The notes: generated by a model not told the origin, from the letters alone. Positions 29,200 through 44,394 are shown, counted from the first letter of the stretch. The stretch is 64,000 nucleotides of DNA from Octopus vulgaris (GCA_951406725.2 OX597825.1:74214001-74278000); one strand, 5' to 3'. Program-made: numbers and translations.

Positions 29200-29591
29200 A
29201 TAAGATGGTAGTCTATTATCCAGAAGTGATCGTCTAGATTACAATTCTTTCAAATTTTGGCACTAGGCTAGCAATTTTAAGGAAAAGTGAAACTCGATAG
29301 CATCGACTCAGTATTTCGTTGGTACTTTATTATATCGACCTTGAAAGGATGAAACGCAAAGGAGACCTCGAGGTGATTTGAACTCAGATCGTGGAGGGCC
29401 AGATGTACGATCAAGCATATCATTTGATGCATTAACGAATCGTTGTACGTAACTTATACTAATGAGCGCTAGAGACAAAATGAGATCATTGGAGGTCTAA
29501 CACTGAATGCAGAACCCGCGGAGATTTTTGTGCGTTGTATTGTGCGTCGTATACGCTATCTTATATTTATCTGAGCGCTTATAAGATATAT

Positions 29592-29653
<62 letters not shown>

Positions 29654-29774
29654 ACAATTAAAATATCGTATGCTATACATCTGGTAGTTTACCTGTAAAG
29701 CATGTTCACTGACGCAGTGTTCGTTGGGTTTTTGCTTAATGTCAGAGACAGAAGATGGAAGATACGAGAATCTT

Positions 29775-30147
29775 TATTGATCACTAAAATCGTTTCGACT
29801 AATCTAGCATTAATCCCTTGCGGTTGGGATTATGAACATGGGATTTCGATGTAGCCATTGGTGTGTCTCCTCATGTGATTTCAAGAGGTATCTCGTTAAA
29901 TTAAACTCTGTTTCTCAAGACTTCTATATGGTCTTCGTATATATAAATGGCAAATTAAGGTATACAGCTTCGTACTTATAGAAGATCCGTAACAAATATC
30001 AGATACAAACGGAAACAAATAAGAAGAGCTCTTCAATTCCTCTGAGGAGATACATCTACACCGACGGATACACTAAATGAGATGCTCAGTATCCCAATTC
30101 GCGATGGATGGATGCTAGATGGGACGAAACAATTGTAGTGATCAATA
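29775..30147. mobile_element. Foldback element with an HHR-like motif on each arm
   Basis: Minus-strand 29888-29775 is homologous to plus-strand 30029-30147. The inner pair CTTCTATA/TATAGAAG extends the symmetry. Confidence 0.65.
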
Positions 30148-30158
30148 TCTCTTTTAAA

Positions 30159-30233
<75 letters not shown>

Positions 30234-31338
30234 GTAAATAATATATATATGCATATATACGTACATGTATGTACATACTTACATCTATACATATACATAT
30301 ATATGCATATGTGGGAACAGGACTTCACGAAACGTGTACAATAAAAAAGTACGAAGCACAAGTGCATGGAACATGAACTATTCTTTCGAACAACGAAAGG
30401 CAAAAATGGAAGACAAAACAAGCAGCATAAAGAACGACCCATCATCAGTTATTGGCTGTTTTTCTAGTTTCATATTTCGAGCATTTAACAACAATATACT
30501 CTTTCGGTAAATCATTTGCTCCCTCAAAGCAAATTAAATAAAATTTGAGGCTGATAAGCCTACACGAGGATGTGGTAGCGAACGCGTAAATGAAGCTAGG
30601 ACAGGAGACAAACAAGAACACGTCTTCCTTGTTCCAGCTACAACGGAGAGAAAGAAAGATGACCGATGGCTACGTGGGAGCCACGTGAACAAGGGATGAG
30701 GAATGAGGGAGAGAGAGTGACAGAGTAATATGATTGAATAGTAGGAGAAGAGGAGGTAAAAGAATAAGAGAGAGAAGAAGGGAGAAAAACGAAAGAGTAG
30801 AAAGATCGTACAGAGTGCGCATCAGAATTATTCAAATAAAACTTACTTGGAAGAGGATGCGTGCCGGTCAGTCATATAATTATATAAATAATATATATAT
30901 ATATATATATAAACGTATAGATGTATGCACATATATGTATGTATATATGAACACCACGCATCCTCTTCCAAATAAATAAGGATAAGATCGTAATTTAAAA
31001 TACCCATCTTATCAGGTGGCCAGCATGGGAATAAAAACATCAAAGGTAATAATTGTTATCAAAATTATAATTAAGGGTATCTAAGAGATACCACTATGCT
31101 AGAAATAGTAGCCAGAAATCTAGGATCTGGAATTATCCAGTAATTTTTTTTTGCTAGTTTATTTTGACTCTATGACTTCTCTCCTAGTGCTGTATGAACA
31201 TTTAATGTGGTTTTAGAGTGAAGTTTTGGCTGCTATTTCTAGCATAGTTGTATCTCTTAGATACCCGTAATTGTAATTATATACATCTGTATATAGACAG
31301 AGATAGATAGATAGATAGATAGATGGATAGATAAATAG

Positions 31339-31410
<72 letters not shown>

Positions 31411-32339
31411 CGGGAAGCTTTATGAAAATAGACAAAAGACGAAGGCAGGTTTACGGAAATAAACAAAAGACGAAGGCAGGTGGAATATACATATACGTGT
31501 GTGTGTGTGTGTGTGTGTGTGAGTATGTTTGTATGTGTCTGTGTGCGTGCGTGTCTATCGCATTTGTTTAATGCTAACCGTTGCTCCAATCTACATATAA
31601 TGAATCCTACTTCTATGCCTTCCGAAACAGAAGAGTGAAAGATCGGAAAACTTAAACAAGGGTTTCGAAACCGAAACCGAAACTGTATTATCTCAAAACT
31701 GGAAACCCATTTTCACAGACACTTGTTTATGATGCCACGTTGTAGCAATGAGAGTAAAGCGAAATAATTGCAAAGTTTCTTGACCGAGCGTCCAGTCAGA
31801 GTGACCTATTGCATAAATGTGGATAAAGAGAACAAATAAAGCTTTATTAAATACCATCTAGCTAGACAAAATAATTAAATATTGGAATCTATTTTGCTTC
31901 GAGAGAAAGCTTAACGAGCGCCAAGTGTCAATTGTCTCTTCTCTGAATAAGGAAGGGAAATAATTTCATGTGATCAACAATTCACTGGAATTAAAGTGTC
32001 ATAAGAAAATGATACTTGATTTTACTTTTTCTCGTGACGATGGAAGAGTTCTGAAATACATATATAGCCACGCGCGCGCACACAAACACACATATAGTCG
32101 AGTAAAATTCGAATACAGACATTCGAAGAAAGGTACTATTATTCTTAATATTATCTGTGGTGAATATGAGTAATCGACAATAATAACAATAATGATATAG
32201 GTGGTCCCAGGTTATTAAAATGCATTATATAGGTATGAATTAAAATTAAAAATTAGTACTACGCTTCAAGACGCACAAGGCGTCAAACCTCTTTAGAAAT
32301 AGGAGTCAAAGTTTGGGCTTATATGTATATATAATTATA

Positions 32340-33110
32340 TATATATACATACATACATGCATACATAAATATATACAGACATACAAATACATACATAAAT
32401 ACATACACATACATACATACATAAATACATACACATACATACATAAATACATACACATACATACATACATACATACATACATACATACATACATACATAC
32501 ATACAATTCACCGGAATTGTAAATGTTTCCAGAAGCTCATCATTTAAGTATATATGAGCATGTCTAGATATGCAAGTACATGCATGAAGTGACGTACATT
32601 AAACAAAACATACAAATCTGCACGTATACATACGTACATAATACATGCATACATATGTACATAAATACATTTTTACGGACATACATAATACATACATACA
32701 TACCCTATGTTGATGCTGAAATCCCAGTGAAGGATCCTTAGATCTAGGTTAGAAACCAACTCTTTCTGTATTGGCGAGAAATCTTGAAATCAAACTGAAT
32801 AATGTTATACATACATACCGTACATACATACATACACACATACATACGTATACACACATACATACCATGCATAGATACATACATACATACATACATACAT
32901 ACATACATACACACATACATACATACATACATACATACATACATACATACATACATACATACATAGATACATACATACATAAATACATACATACATACAT
33001 ACATACATACATACATACATACATACATACACATACATACATACATACATACATACATACATACATACATACATACATACATACATACATACACACATAC
33101 ATATACCTCT
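32340..33110. repeat. Two (ACAT)n microsatellite blocks
   Basis: Read directly from the sequence. Confidence 0.95.
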
Positions 33111-33612
33111 CGCTTAGATTTGTGTGTGTGTGTGTGTGTGTGTTTGTTTCTCAATAATATTTCGTGCCCTATCAACAGTTCTAACGACTAGAATAATCCA
33201 CAATTACTTCAAACACTTACTTTCATCCATTCACGTACAACTTTTACCTATGTTTCTATCAGAATGTTTTGAACCATTATTCCGCTTCCATCTTTGTATC
33301 GTTTCTTTAGATCTTCTATTCTCTTATGTATTCGTTTTTCCTTATTAATCACATTGTTTAATTGTTAAACTTATTTCTATTCTTTATATTACTCGTATCT
33401 GACTTGCTACAATGCGTCAATGTTATAAATTAGCAACGAGACAAATTAGTTAAGGTGTTTGTCTTCAGTGTCACAACCTAACATTTACAAAACACTGATG
33501 TAACGAATCTTCTTAGAAAGTCAATTAATTAGAAGCACCGAAGTAAAGTAATTGACGGTACCAATTAGTTCCAAGCACCTCTTATTTAATTTTCCTTTGA
33601 CCTTCAAATACA

Positions 33613-33746
<134 letters not shown>

Positions 33747-34424
33747 AATAGCGTTGTTGTGTCATAAAGAATTGCGACTTCGCAGAGAGTGGTTCCTGCG
33801 TTCGAGCTAATTACACGGCACAATGAGAAAAAATATTCTACCTTAGCTTTATAGAGTCGTTCTTGTGTGCAAATGTTGATACATGGAAACTGTGCTCCTG
33901 TGTTCTACCTTTCCACAAGATATCTTTTATATTTCATATTTTTTCAAGGCGGTGATCTGGCAGAAACGTTAGTGCGTTAGCATGTATAAAGTTCTACAAT
34001 TTATATTTAGGTGTATCTTTCAAATGCCTTCACTTTGGCGCGCTGAGATCGGAAATTACTCTGCAGTTAATACATTCCAGCAGCCAATTTACCGGTTAGA
34101 GAACATTTTATATTTTAAAATTAAATAATAGAAATTGATATTAATCAAATAAAACCAATGGTACATAGGTAATCGTTTTTTATTTTGTATATTTTCATTT
34201 GTCTTGCTTATTTTTACATTTTGGTTTTTTGCTAAGATTTTTCTTGAGAACACATTCTTCGTGGTAATGGCGATTTGACGTCTATGTTTAGCATATAGGC
34301 TGTCCACTTTTTAGGTCAGTCCTCTAAATTTTGTATGTAACACAATTTTTAATCTTCGGATTTTTTAAATATGCTAAGCCACTGGTTTTAATTGATTAAT
34401 ATCAATTTCTACCCTTATTATTTA

Positions 34425-34485
<61 letters not shown>

Positions 34486-35505
34486 CTCTTTTCAGTTTCA
34501 CAATGCATCGATCAGATTGGGGCTATATTAGAACCCAATCGCCCAACGTGGATCGCACTGGGACTGAACTCGGAACAATGTGGTTAAGGGAACAAAGTTC
34601 TTTCAATCAAGCCATATTTATTATCGAGATAAAATATATTGCTCCTTACTCCAGTAGAGCCAAAAGTTTTTTTATGAGCGAATTTTGGTAGGTGGAAACA
34701 ATGTGTAAATAAGGAGAGAGATGCGTAGGTTGAATCGACCCCAGTATTTTGCCCTTACTTTATTTTAACGACCCTTTGAAACTTGTAGGCAAACTTATCA
34801 CCGGCGGGCATTGAACATAGAGCGTAATGAACCGTAGCGATCATCAGGAAGAATTTATGTGCGACAATGTAATGGCTGTCGTACTGTTATAAATCATATA
34901 TCGATATTTCCAGTTTTAAATGTTGGACACATTTCAAACTAGTTTGTGTACGTCATCTTTTATCTCCCTTGTTTGTGTAGTTCTGAGGTGTCATTAAACA
35001 TTAATTACTATTTAACTAATTCGACCATTCGATAGATTTTCATACAAGCTGCTGTATTAGTTTTGATAATTCACTTGTACAGTCTGTAATAGTTATCTAT
35101 CTAGTCCGTTAATAAGTGTCATAATATATCAACTTACGTTCCTCTGTGACATTAAAGAGACGTTGGCATTAACAGGTTTGTTATCCAGCAAAAGCTTAGT
35201 TGCTGGAAACAATTTATTCCATCAAAAGAATATGTCGCATGTTTGGCTTTCTGCTAAATATATTGCGTAATCTATAGAAATCACAGAGGAGACATGAAAA
35301 TCTACGATAATATGCGAGCGCAGACTTTGCATGTATCAGAATAACTATGGAACAAAATCAATTAAACATGAAGCACATATATTATTTGTAAGACAATGGG
35401 CTGCTAATCTACAGCAGTAACCGAAGTCTCAATCCATTATAGATACATTTATATTACGTACCATTCTTTTCCGCAGTTCATTTAGCTGATAAATGAATTG
35501 AATAA

Positions 35506-35559
<54 letters not shown>

Positions 35560-35635
35560 GCAGATGTTTGTATATATATATATGCATATATGCATGTATA
35601 TATATATTTTTATATATATATACATATACATATAA

Positions 35636-35683
<48 letters not shown>

Positions 35684-35734
35684 TATATATAATACAATAC
35701 ACACACACACACATATATATAATACAATATATAG

Positions 35735-35779
<45 letters not shown>

Positions 35780-35865
35780 TGTGTGTGTGTATGCTTTGAA
35801 TGGTACAACAATGTACTATAATACAGAAAATGGGCTATATACCTGTTGTAATTTAGTCAGCCGTA

Positions 35866-35906
35866 GTCTGATATATTATTTCGGAATAATATACCTTCTT
35901 CAGATA
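35866..35906 (-). ncRNA. Hammerhead-like core downstream of the PLE ORF
   Basis: The minus strand reads T-CTGAAGA-A-GG(TATATTATT)CC-GAAA-TA(ATA)TA-TC-AGAC. Stem I is poor. It lies ~300 bp past the GIY-YIG stop on the same strand. Confidence 0.5.
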
Positions 35907-36211
35907 TTCTTAGATGGAGTCGCTGCTATAATCGGTTTTCCAACGGCTTTTCTTTCTTATCTTTTATTTGGAAGCGTTTCAGCAGTGGTCTCACGATGCT
36001 CCTGCCGTAATTCTTCATGATAAGTGTTTGAGGTCCGCCATATCTCAATCTCGTGTGTGCTGTAGTATCCGTAGTGCTGCTTCTAAGTTACGTATTATAC
36101 GTGCATCTTCCGTTTTCCCCTTCTTTTTTCTTTCTTTTTCTTTTTTTTTTTTTGTTATAAACTACAGATGAGCATATTATCAAAAAGGAACCTTCACGCG
36201 TCCAGATGTAT

Positions 36212-36800
36212 CTAAATAATATATTGATTACCAACCTCCAGCCTGTTGATAATTTGTGGCCCTGGTCTGTGTATGAGTATAGCTTCCTTAATTCTTAAAT
36301 TACCCAAATTTCTTTCATTGTCTTCGATTGTGACTGTTATGCTTTTGTCGTGTTCCGGCATCTGTCTAGATGTTTTCTGAAAGAGGAAGCTCTCGTGTTC
36401 AGATGTTCTTTGTTGCGGACGTGTAACAGACTTGTTGTACTACCCACATAGAACTTGTTGCATTTGTTACATTGTATTCTATACACAACATTAACCCGTT
36501 GGCATACGTCTGTGTCACGGATGGAACAGTTTCTTAGTGTACATTGATTGTTGTCCCTTGTTCGTTTCTTAGTGAGATGTCCTCTCAGAGAGGGGCCGGA
36601 GTGGGCTATTTGTATGTCTCACCCATCTCTTCTTATGGCTCTTCGGATGGATGTAGTTATCCTCTCGCTAAAATGGGGTATTTTAAGGAAGCATGCGTTG
36701 CTGGGTTTTCTATGTGTTCAGCGTGTTGGTCGCCTTGGGTACTTAATCCGATTTACAATGGATCTAGGGTACCCGTTGGTTTTCAGATTTCTTGTCCCAT
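36212..36800 (-). pseudogene. Penelope-like element 3' coding fragment (RT thumb, linker, GIY-YIG)
   Basis: NLKTNGYPRSIV...FLKIPHFSERITTSIRRAI...CTLRNCSIRDTDVCQRVNVVYRIQCNKCNKFYVGSTTSLLHVRNKEHL...NLRIKEAILIHRPGPQIINR. Contains two stops and one frameshift. Confidence 0.92.
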
Positions 36801-36887
36801 TTTGTGTGTGTGTATATATATATATATATAGCGGCTTACGTACACTTTGGTCTCTACTATCATGGTACTCCCCCATTCTTCTTCTTC

Positions 36888-36923
<36 letters not shown>

Positions 36924-37495
36924 GTATATTTATATAATAGTATATGTATTATCATATATATATGTATAATAGCATACATGCATACATACACATACATAAA
37001 TACTCACATACGCATATACTATTTTACGGTGTTAGCGATTTAGAATCCGAGGAAGATCCCTATTAATCGGAAGCAGGATCGGTGAACTTAAAGTTTCGGC
37101 TCATTTATGAAAACCTCCAAACCCTTGAGTCACCATACTGGGTGCTCTGCTCCCGACGAGGTTAATCCATCTGCAAAACCTCCGAGCATATGACTGACCT
37201 GAGAGAGAGAGAGAGAGAAAGTGAGACAGACGGAGACAGAGAGAGAGAGAAACATACAGAGAGACAGACAGAGAAAGAGAGAGGGTCTGTTATAACAGCA
37301 GTGGATAGTCTAATTAACAGTTATGCCACTGGGATGGCATTTTCGATAAAACGTTGGCCAAATGTTTTGCGATTTTTGCCCGGCCACTTTACATTTTGAT
37401 CTCAAATTCTTACCGATTTCAACTTTACATTTAATCTTATCTTGGACACTGAAATATAGTACTGGCTAAATATTGATGATGACGGTATCAACTAA

Positions 37496-37726
37496 GGCGG
37501 CGAGCTGGCAGAAACGTTAGCGCGCCGGGCGAAATGCTTAGCGGTATTTCGTCTGCCGCTACGTTCTGAGTTCAAATTCCGCCGAGGTCGACTTTGCCTT
37601 TCATCCTTTCGGGGTCGATAAATAAAGTACCAGTTACGCACTGGGGTCGATGTAATCGACTTAATACCTATGTCTGTCCTTGTTTGTCCGCTCTGTGTTT
37701 AGCCCCTTGTGGGTAATAAAGAAATA
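37496..37726 (+). mobile_element. SINE family A, well-preserved full-length copy nested in an older copy
   Basis: Starts GGCGGCGAGCTGGCAGAAACG. TSD GGTATCAAC at 37484 and 37727. The flanks resemble a decayed family A copy. Confidence 0.92.
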
Positions 37727-38422
37727 GGTATCAACCTCTGCCTTCTCTTCAGCACTGTCGGCTTTCTGCCTAAAATAAATCTAATTTAATTAACCATATC
37801 CTGCTTTAGAAGCACATTAGTCGTGGTTTCTTTTTCCACTTAAACACAACATTCTCAGAATTTCTCCAACAAGCCATCTGTAGACCTTTCTCGAATGTAA
37901 AACAAAAATGTTTACTAAATAGAAGTATACACAGAATTGACCTAAACAGTACATAATCTAGAATTTTCATCTTCTTCATATATATTTCCTTTTTCCTAGT
38001 CAAAACGAATTATAATTTGCTTTTCAGATTTTTTTCAAAACTAGGTAGAATCTTAACATCAATTTACAACCTGAACATCATACTTACGGTCGTTATATAA
38101 AATTTGATATATTTTTGCATATCATTTGTACAGATAATCTTTTCATTGTGTTATTTTAAAAACTAAACCGATTTATCCTCATATTTTTCTTGATAAACTA
38201 GAAACAAAATGAAATAAAATAAAATAAAATAAAATAAAACAAACCGAATATATCTGATTAACAACTCTCCTTGCAATAAAAATTTTCCTTCGGCGATAAC
38301 GCTGTACACAAACTTGTAATGTGAATTAAATTAACAAGACTATTCCTAAAGCAAACGACTTAGGAAACCTTTCAATTGGGAACGCATATAAGAATTCTCA
38401 AGATCTAAACGTTATATATATA

Positions 38423-38490
<68 letters not shown>

Positions 38491-38654
38491 ATGTGTTTGA
38501 ATGTATGTATACATATATACGTGTGTATATATAAACATATAAACAAATACATATATACACACATATATGTATACATATATATATGGATATATATTATATA
38601 TATATATATATATGTATGTGTATGTATGTATGTATATAATACATATACGTATAA

Positions 38655-38690
<36 letters not shown>

Positions 38691-39188
38691 ATGTATATGC
38701 ATATATGCATACATATACGTGTATACACACATATGTAAATTTTTACAATATAAATATATATATATATATGTAACGTATGTATGTATGTTTGTATTTATGT
38801 ACGTTCGTATGTATGCACGTATGTATGTATATATTAGTGTAATCGTTTGTAAAGAAACATTTCAAATTGCCAAGTAGGTTGCGAAAAACTGAGATCACTT
38901 CAATGGAAGTAAATGAGATTGGATTGATGAGTGTCATTCAGCGTTATTAAACTGATAATATTGTTATTATGGATGATCTAATTACTTTATATCTGCTTCC
39001 CCTACATTCTCTGCCATATTGTGAAGTTAAAAGTTCATTCGTTCTCAAATCACCAGAGACTTTTCATTTCTACATGTAATGTCTACGAGTGTTTCTTTTT
39101 GTTGTCGGGTTATTTATCTTCATTTACCCTATAACCATTTTGCCCCTACATAGAACAACTCGTCGTGTATATATATATATATATATAT

Positions 39189-39238
<50 letters not shown>

Positions 39239-39320
39239 CGCGTGCGTGTGTTTGACTGAAAAAGAAAAGGAATAAAAGTATATATATATATATATATATA
39301 TGTACATATATATATATAAT

Positions 39321-39558
39321 TATTTCTTATTTCTTTATTGCCCACAAAGGGCTAAACATAGAGGAGAGAAACAAAGACAGACAAAGGGATTAGGTTGATT
39401 ACATCGACCCCAGTGCGTAACTGGTACTTAATTTATCGACCTCGAAATGATGAAAAGCAAAGTGGACCTCGGAGGAATTTGAACTCAGAACGTCACGTCA
39501 GGCGAAATACCGCTAAGCATTTCGCCCAGCGCGCTAACGTTTCTGCCAGCTCACCGCC
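39321..39558 (-). mobile_element. SINE family A, full-length
   Basis: Homologous to 37496-37726 in inverted orientation. Confidence 0.92.
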
Positions 39559-40623
39559 TCATAATGAATACTGCAATTGGTATAGTTAACAAGTCAGTGT
39601 ATATATGTCTGAACAGCAAATATAGAATGTATTTGTATATTAGACGTAATGACATGGACTGTAATGGCTATAATTACAGATCAGAACTGACCTTGGGCTA
39701 AATAACATCATCAATAATAAATTTGAAATCCTATGCATTCATATAAGAAAGGAAGAGTTTCATCATCTGAAGAATATAATTAATATATAATTCAGGGGAA
39801 GAATAAAAGAATCTTGAGTTATCGATGCCTTTGGAGAGAACTAACGGTCAAACACTACATAAACTGGTTTGGATATATAATGGTCTAATTACTTACTTAT
39901 TAATTACTAATAATAGATAATCAATTGAAATTATAACTGATTGCTTGAAAGCATGTTTGATGCAGTGTGCCTTTCGTTGATATTGTATTTCGCAATATGC
40001 TGAAACACTGATGCAGTGAACGTCATAGCGTATCTGATTTCGAGCGAAGGGACAACATACATTGATATTAATACAAGGTTATAGGCAACGTTAATTGATT
40101 CACCAGTATTGGTGAGTCATTACTGTGTTAAACCACAAGGATATATCATAAGAATTACATGGTGGTGTAGTCACATTTGGCCTTAATTATATTAAAAACA
40201 AAGGACGTTCCTGATTCTGATGTTTTATGGAAAGTTTAGTTCTTTAATTTTTTAATGTGAAGTTCGAAATTAATGCAATTTCGATTTCTCAATAAATTGA
40301 TGAAATTTCGATTTCTCAATAAAAGAAGATATTTGAATAGTAAATTAAAACTGAAATTAAAATCGATACATTTTTGTGGAGATTCTTCAGTATTTTTATA
40401 CGATTTAACTTGTTCTATTATGGCTTTGAATTTCAGATTTATTTTGTTTCTTTGTGGTTTCAAATAAAATTTCACTGTTTTGGCATTAATTTTCTCTTTT
40501 TACTTACTTTTCTGTTTTTCTGGTTAAGGATTTTTACTTCTAAACTGGGAATTTTCTACTGCAAAAGCTTGAAACGAAGTTTATGGTTGGTGCCAAATTG
40601 TTCCTCGCTCAGGAGACCTATGA

Positions 40624-40950
40624 TTCCAACGAGGTCGACTTTGCCTTTCATCCCTTCGGGGTCGATAAATTAAGTACCAGCTACGTAGTGGGGTCGATGT
40701 AATCGACTTAATCCCTTTGTCCTTGTTTCTCCCCTCTATGTTTAGCCCCTTGTGGGCAATAAAGAAGTAAGGAGCGTTAGCACGCCGGGCGAAATGTTTA
40801 GCTGTATTTCGTCTGTCTTTATGTTCTGACTTTGTCTTTCATCCTTTCGGGGTCGATAAATTAAATACCAGATGCGTACCGGAGACGATCTAATCGACTG
40901 GTCCCCTACCCCGAAATTTCGGGCCTTATGCCTAGAGTAGAAAAGAATAA
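40624..40950 (+). mobile_element. SINE family A, dimeric and 5'-truncated
   Basis: Has the same internal junction as 694-1096 (GCAATAAAGAA.TAAG...CGTTAGCACGCCGGGCG). Confidence 0.88.
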
Positions 40951-41298
40951 GATTGTTCATTTTCTCTTACTGTATCTCTATATATGACGTCGTGAATGTA
41001 TTTCTCAGCGAAATATCAATTTGCTGATACGGCATTTTCCAGATACAACCAGTTTGAAAACTCAATGAAAGAAAAACATGATTTATTATTCTTTTGTCTA
41101 ATCTAAAGATAGCGTAAACTGCAAACTAACAAAAAGACTTTATGAGTACTGGCAGAATGATAGATAAAATATATTTAAAAAGAAATAACTTCTACGAAAA
41201 CATATCTGTTTCTTTTTCCTTAATAGAATTTGTCTAGCATTAACATAACAATGTCAAAATTTAGTCTTCTTCTTCTTCTTCTTCTTCTTCTTCTTCTG

Positions 41299-41362
<64 letters not shown>

Positions 41363-41684
41363 CACCTCCACCAAACGATAGCTGACAATATATGAAGATT
41401 GGAAAAACTAGGCCTTTGTGAGAGACGTCACTACATTTTCAACTTCAGAATGAAATGGTATAACACAAATTCTAAAAATAATTTTGAGACCTATTTGAAA
41501 AGCAGCTTGTCGGTTTAACTCCAAAAATTTTCTTTGGAGACTTAATAATGTGATTTTGTTATTTACCTGGTATAATTTCGACTTTAATATCTGTAAATAC
41601 ATTTCGACACATAAGCAAGTATATACATACATACATACATTTATATCCATCCATCCATCCATACATCCATCCATCCATCTATCC

Positions 41685-41782
<98 letters not shown>

Positions 41783-41995
41783 AGTGTACATTTAAACACA
41801 TTAAGAGGTTTCCATCATAGGGATCCTTTACACTAGAAAGAACAGCTAAAGTCCAAACCACTAATTAGGGAAAAATTCTCGAAGGGAATGAAAATTCGAG
41901 AGTTTATCCCTAATTAGTGGTTTGGACTTTAGTTGTTCTTTCTAGCGTAAAGGATTCCTATGATGGAAACCTCTTAATATGTTTAAATATAAACT
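41783..41995. repeat. Near-perfect ~210-bp palindrome (hairpin / MITE-like)
   Basis: ~95-100 bp arms (TTTAAACACATTAAGAGGTTTCCATCATAGG...TCTCGAA and its complement) around an 11-nt loop GGGAATGAAAA. Confidence 0.92.
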
Positions 41996-42098
41996 GTATT
42001 TTATATGAATAATATATAATATATTGACTAATTTTTCTATACGCTAGGCCACTGGTAGTAAAAATTTCTAAAATCTTTCTTACCCTGATATCATTAAT

Positions 42099-42147
<49 letters not shown>

Positions 42148-42154
42148 GTATCCA

Positions 42155-42205
<51 letters not shown>

Positions 42206-42497
42206 CGGAGCAAACTATCAAGGAGGAAATATTTACGAATATATCATTGACTGTATTATTATTTAGTGTGACAATTTAAAAATAATAATAACAGAATCAA
42301 TAATTGCAGGCCCGAAAAAAAGCATTACATAGATGAAGGATTGAAATTAATCAAAGGCATTCTAAGTATGTCTACCTGCTGGAAATAACAGTCAACACTC
42401 ATATTTAAATCGCCAAAATACACTGATAATAACTACAGAAATCAACCGCCCGAAGGCAAATGGGCTAAGACAAACACTCAGTACACGTTCAATTATT

Positions 42498-42546
42498 TGG
42501 ACAGACGTGTTTCTGGACTGGTATTATTGCATCACCTTCCTCAGCA
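42498..42546 (-). ncRNA. Hammerhead-like core
   Basis: The minus strand reads TG-CTGAGGA-AGG...CCA-GAAA-CA(CGTC)TG-TC-CA, with a GUC triplet and short stems. Confidence 0.4.
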
Positions 42547-43239
42547 TGCGTTATCATGATGGAGAGCCCCAACCCATCTCGTTGAAGTTTGCGCTGCAAC
42601 TGATCATTTTGCGCCAAATTATGGCAGCTACCATCTGATAATGATGATGGACTCTTCCATCAAAGAAGACATATGAACGTTCAGCTTTGACCGAACGACA
42701 TGCACAAATGTTTCACTTGTAGTGATCGAATGTACGTGTTGCTTAGTACTGCTATCAAATCAACGTTGCCAGGGCAGGTGTACAGTGTACCACGCTTCAG
42801 GTGTCGAAGTGATTATAGAGCAATGGTACGATGAAGTGTTTTGCTTAAGAGCACAACGGGTTTGCCTCCTTGGCATGGAAAGAATAAGCAGGAAATTATT
42901 AGATGGCTGTAAAGAATCAATGGCATGGTATCGTGGGCTGCAGGTAGCAAACCCGCTGCGCATGGAAGACTCTAGGAGTTCCCAAAAAAAACCTGGCATA
43001 AAGAGAAAATAAATAGCAACAATAATGATGATGATGTTGAAGATGATGATGGTAGAGATGATGATAATTCCTTATATAGGCAGAGGGCTTGAAATGTTTA
43101 CATCTACCCTAGGTTTGTAAAAGCGTCCAGTTCTTCCAACTAAGTCGGTGTCCCGCTATGACCGCAGTTGAATGCCTGAAATTTGTAAAAGATATATACA
43201 TACATACATACATACATACAAACATACATACATACACAC

Positions 43240-43278
<39 letters not shown>

Positions 43279-43293
43279 TACATACATACATAC

Positions 43294-43361
<68 letters not shown>

Positions 43362-44294
43362 ACTAAGAGAGAGGCAGAGAAACTGAGAGAAGGAGAGAGA
43401 AAGTGAGAGAAGGAGAGAGAAAGTGAGAGAAGGAGAGAGAGAAAGTGAGAGACGGAGAGAGAAAGAGGGAACGAGAGATTCCTATACACAAGCGCAAAAA
43501 CACTCAAACACATACACAAATCGGTTTTACAAGATTCTTGATGTGAATCCGTGTGTTGAATCAGGAAAAAAAGTTATGTTCCGAGTAGGCACATTCTGCC
43601 AGAAAAAACACAGTTCAGTTGTCTATTAATTGATCTGTCAACGTATTTCGTCACGCTCCTGTAAACTTTTCAATGATTTATTTTAATATCGATGGTGGCC
43701 TTTATATATTCGCAGTAGACCTATACGTACATTTACATGAGAATATATATATATGTAGCTATGTTCATCTGTGAATACTATCAGCATTGTTATTATGCGT
43801 TGCTGTATTGTTGTATTAGTATAATGGTGTGTGTACATGTATGTGCGAACATTTTTTTATATTTTCTCATTGTAGTTATAATATATTTTATTTTATTGTT
43901 CTGTCAGCGGTGGTGAATATATGATGCTGATCAGTAGATAAATTGCGGTGGTAGTCGAGGTTGGATAGAGTTGGGTGAAGGTCAGGTAGTTTTTTTTTAT
44001 TTTTTACTTTATCATTCTGATCGCCTTTTATTTATATTTATTATTTATGATTTTTGATGTTGATATCCTTTGTACAGAAACGACAACATATATGTGTATA
44101 GGTGTATATGTGTGTATAGTTGTGTGTATATATATGTGTGTGTGTGCGTGTGCGTGTGTATGTATAAATATATAGGCATACATATACACATACATATATA
44201 TTTACGATATATATTTACGTACACAAACAAACACATATATGTATGTGTATGTTATGTATCTATCAATTTATCTCCTCTCTCTATGTGTGTGAAT

Positions 44295-44295
44295 A

Positions 44296-44354
<59 letters not shown>

Positions 44355-44394
44355 GTATATATATATATGTATATATACATATATATATATGTAC

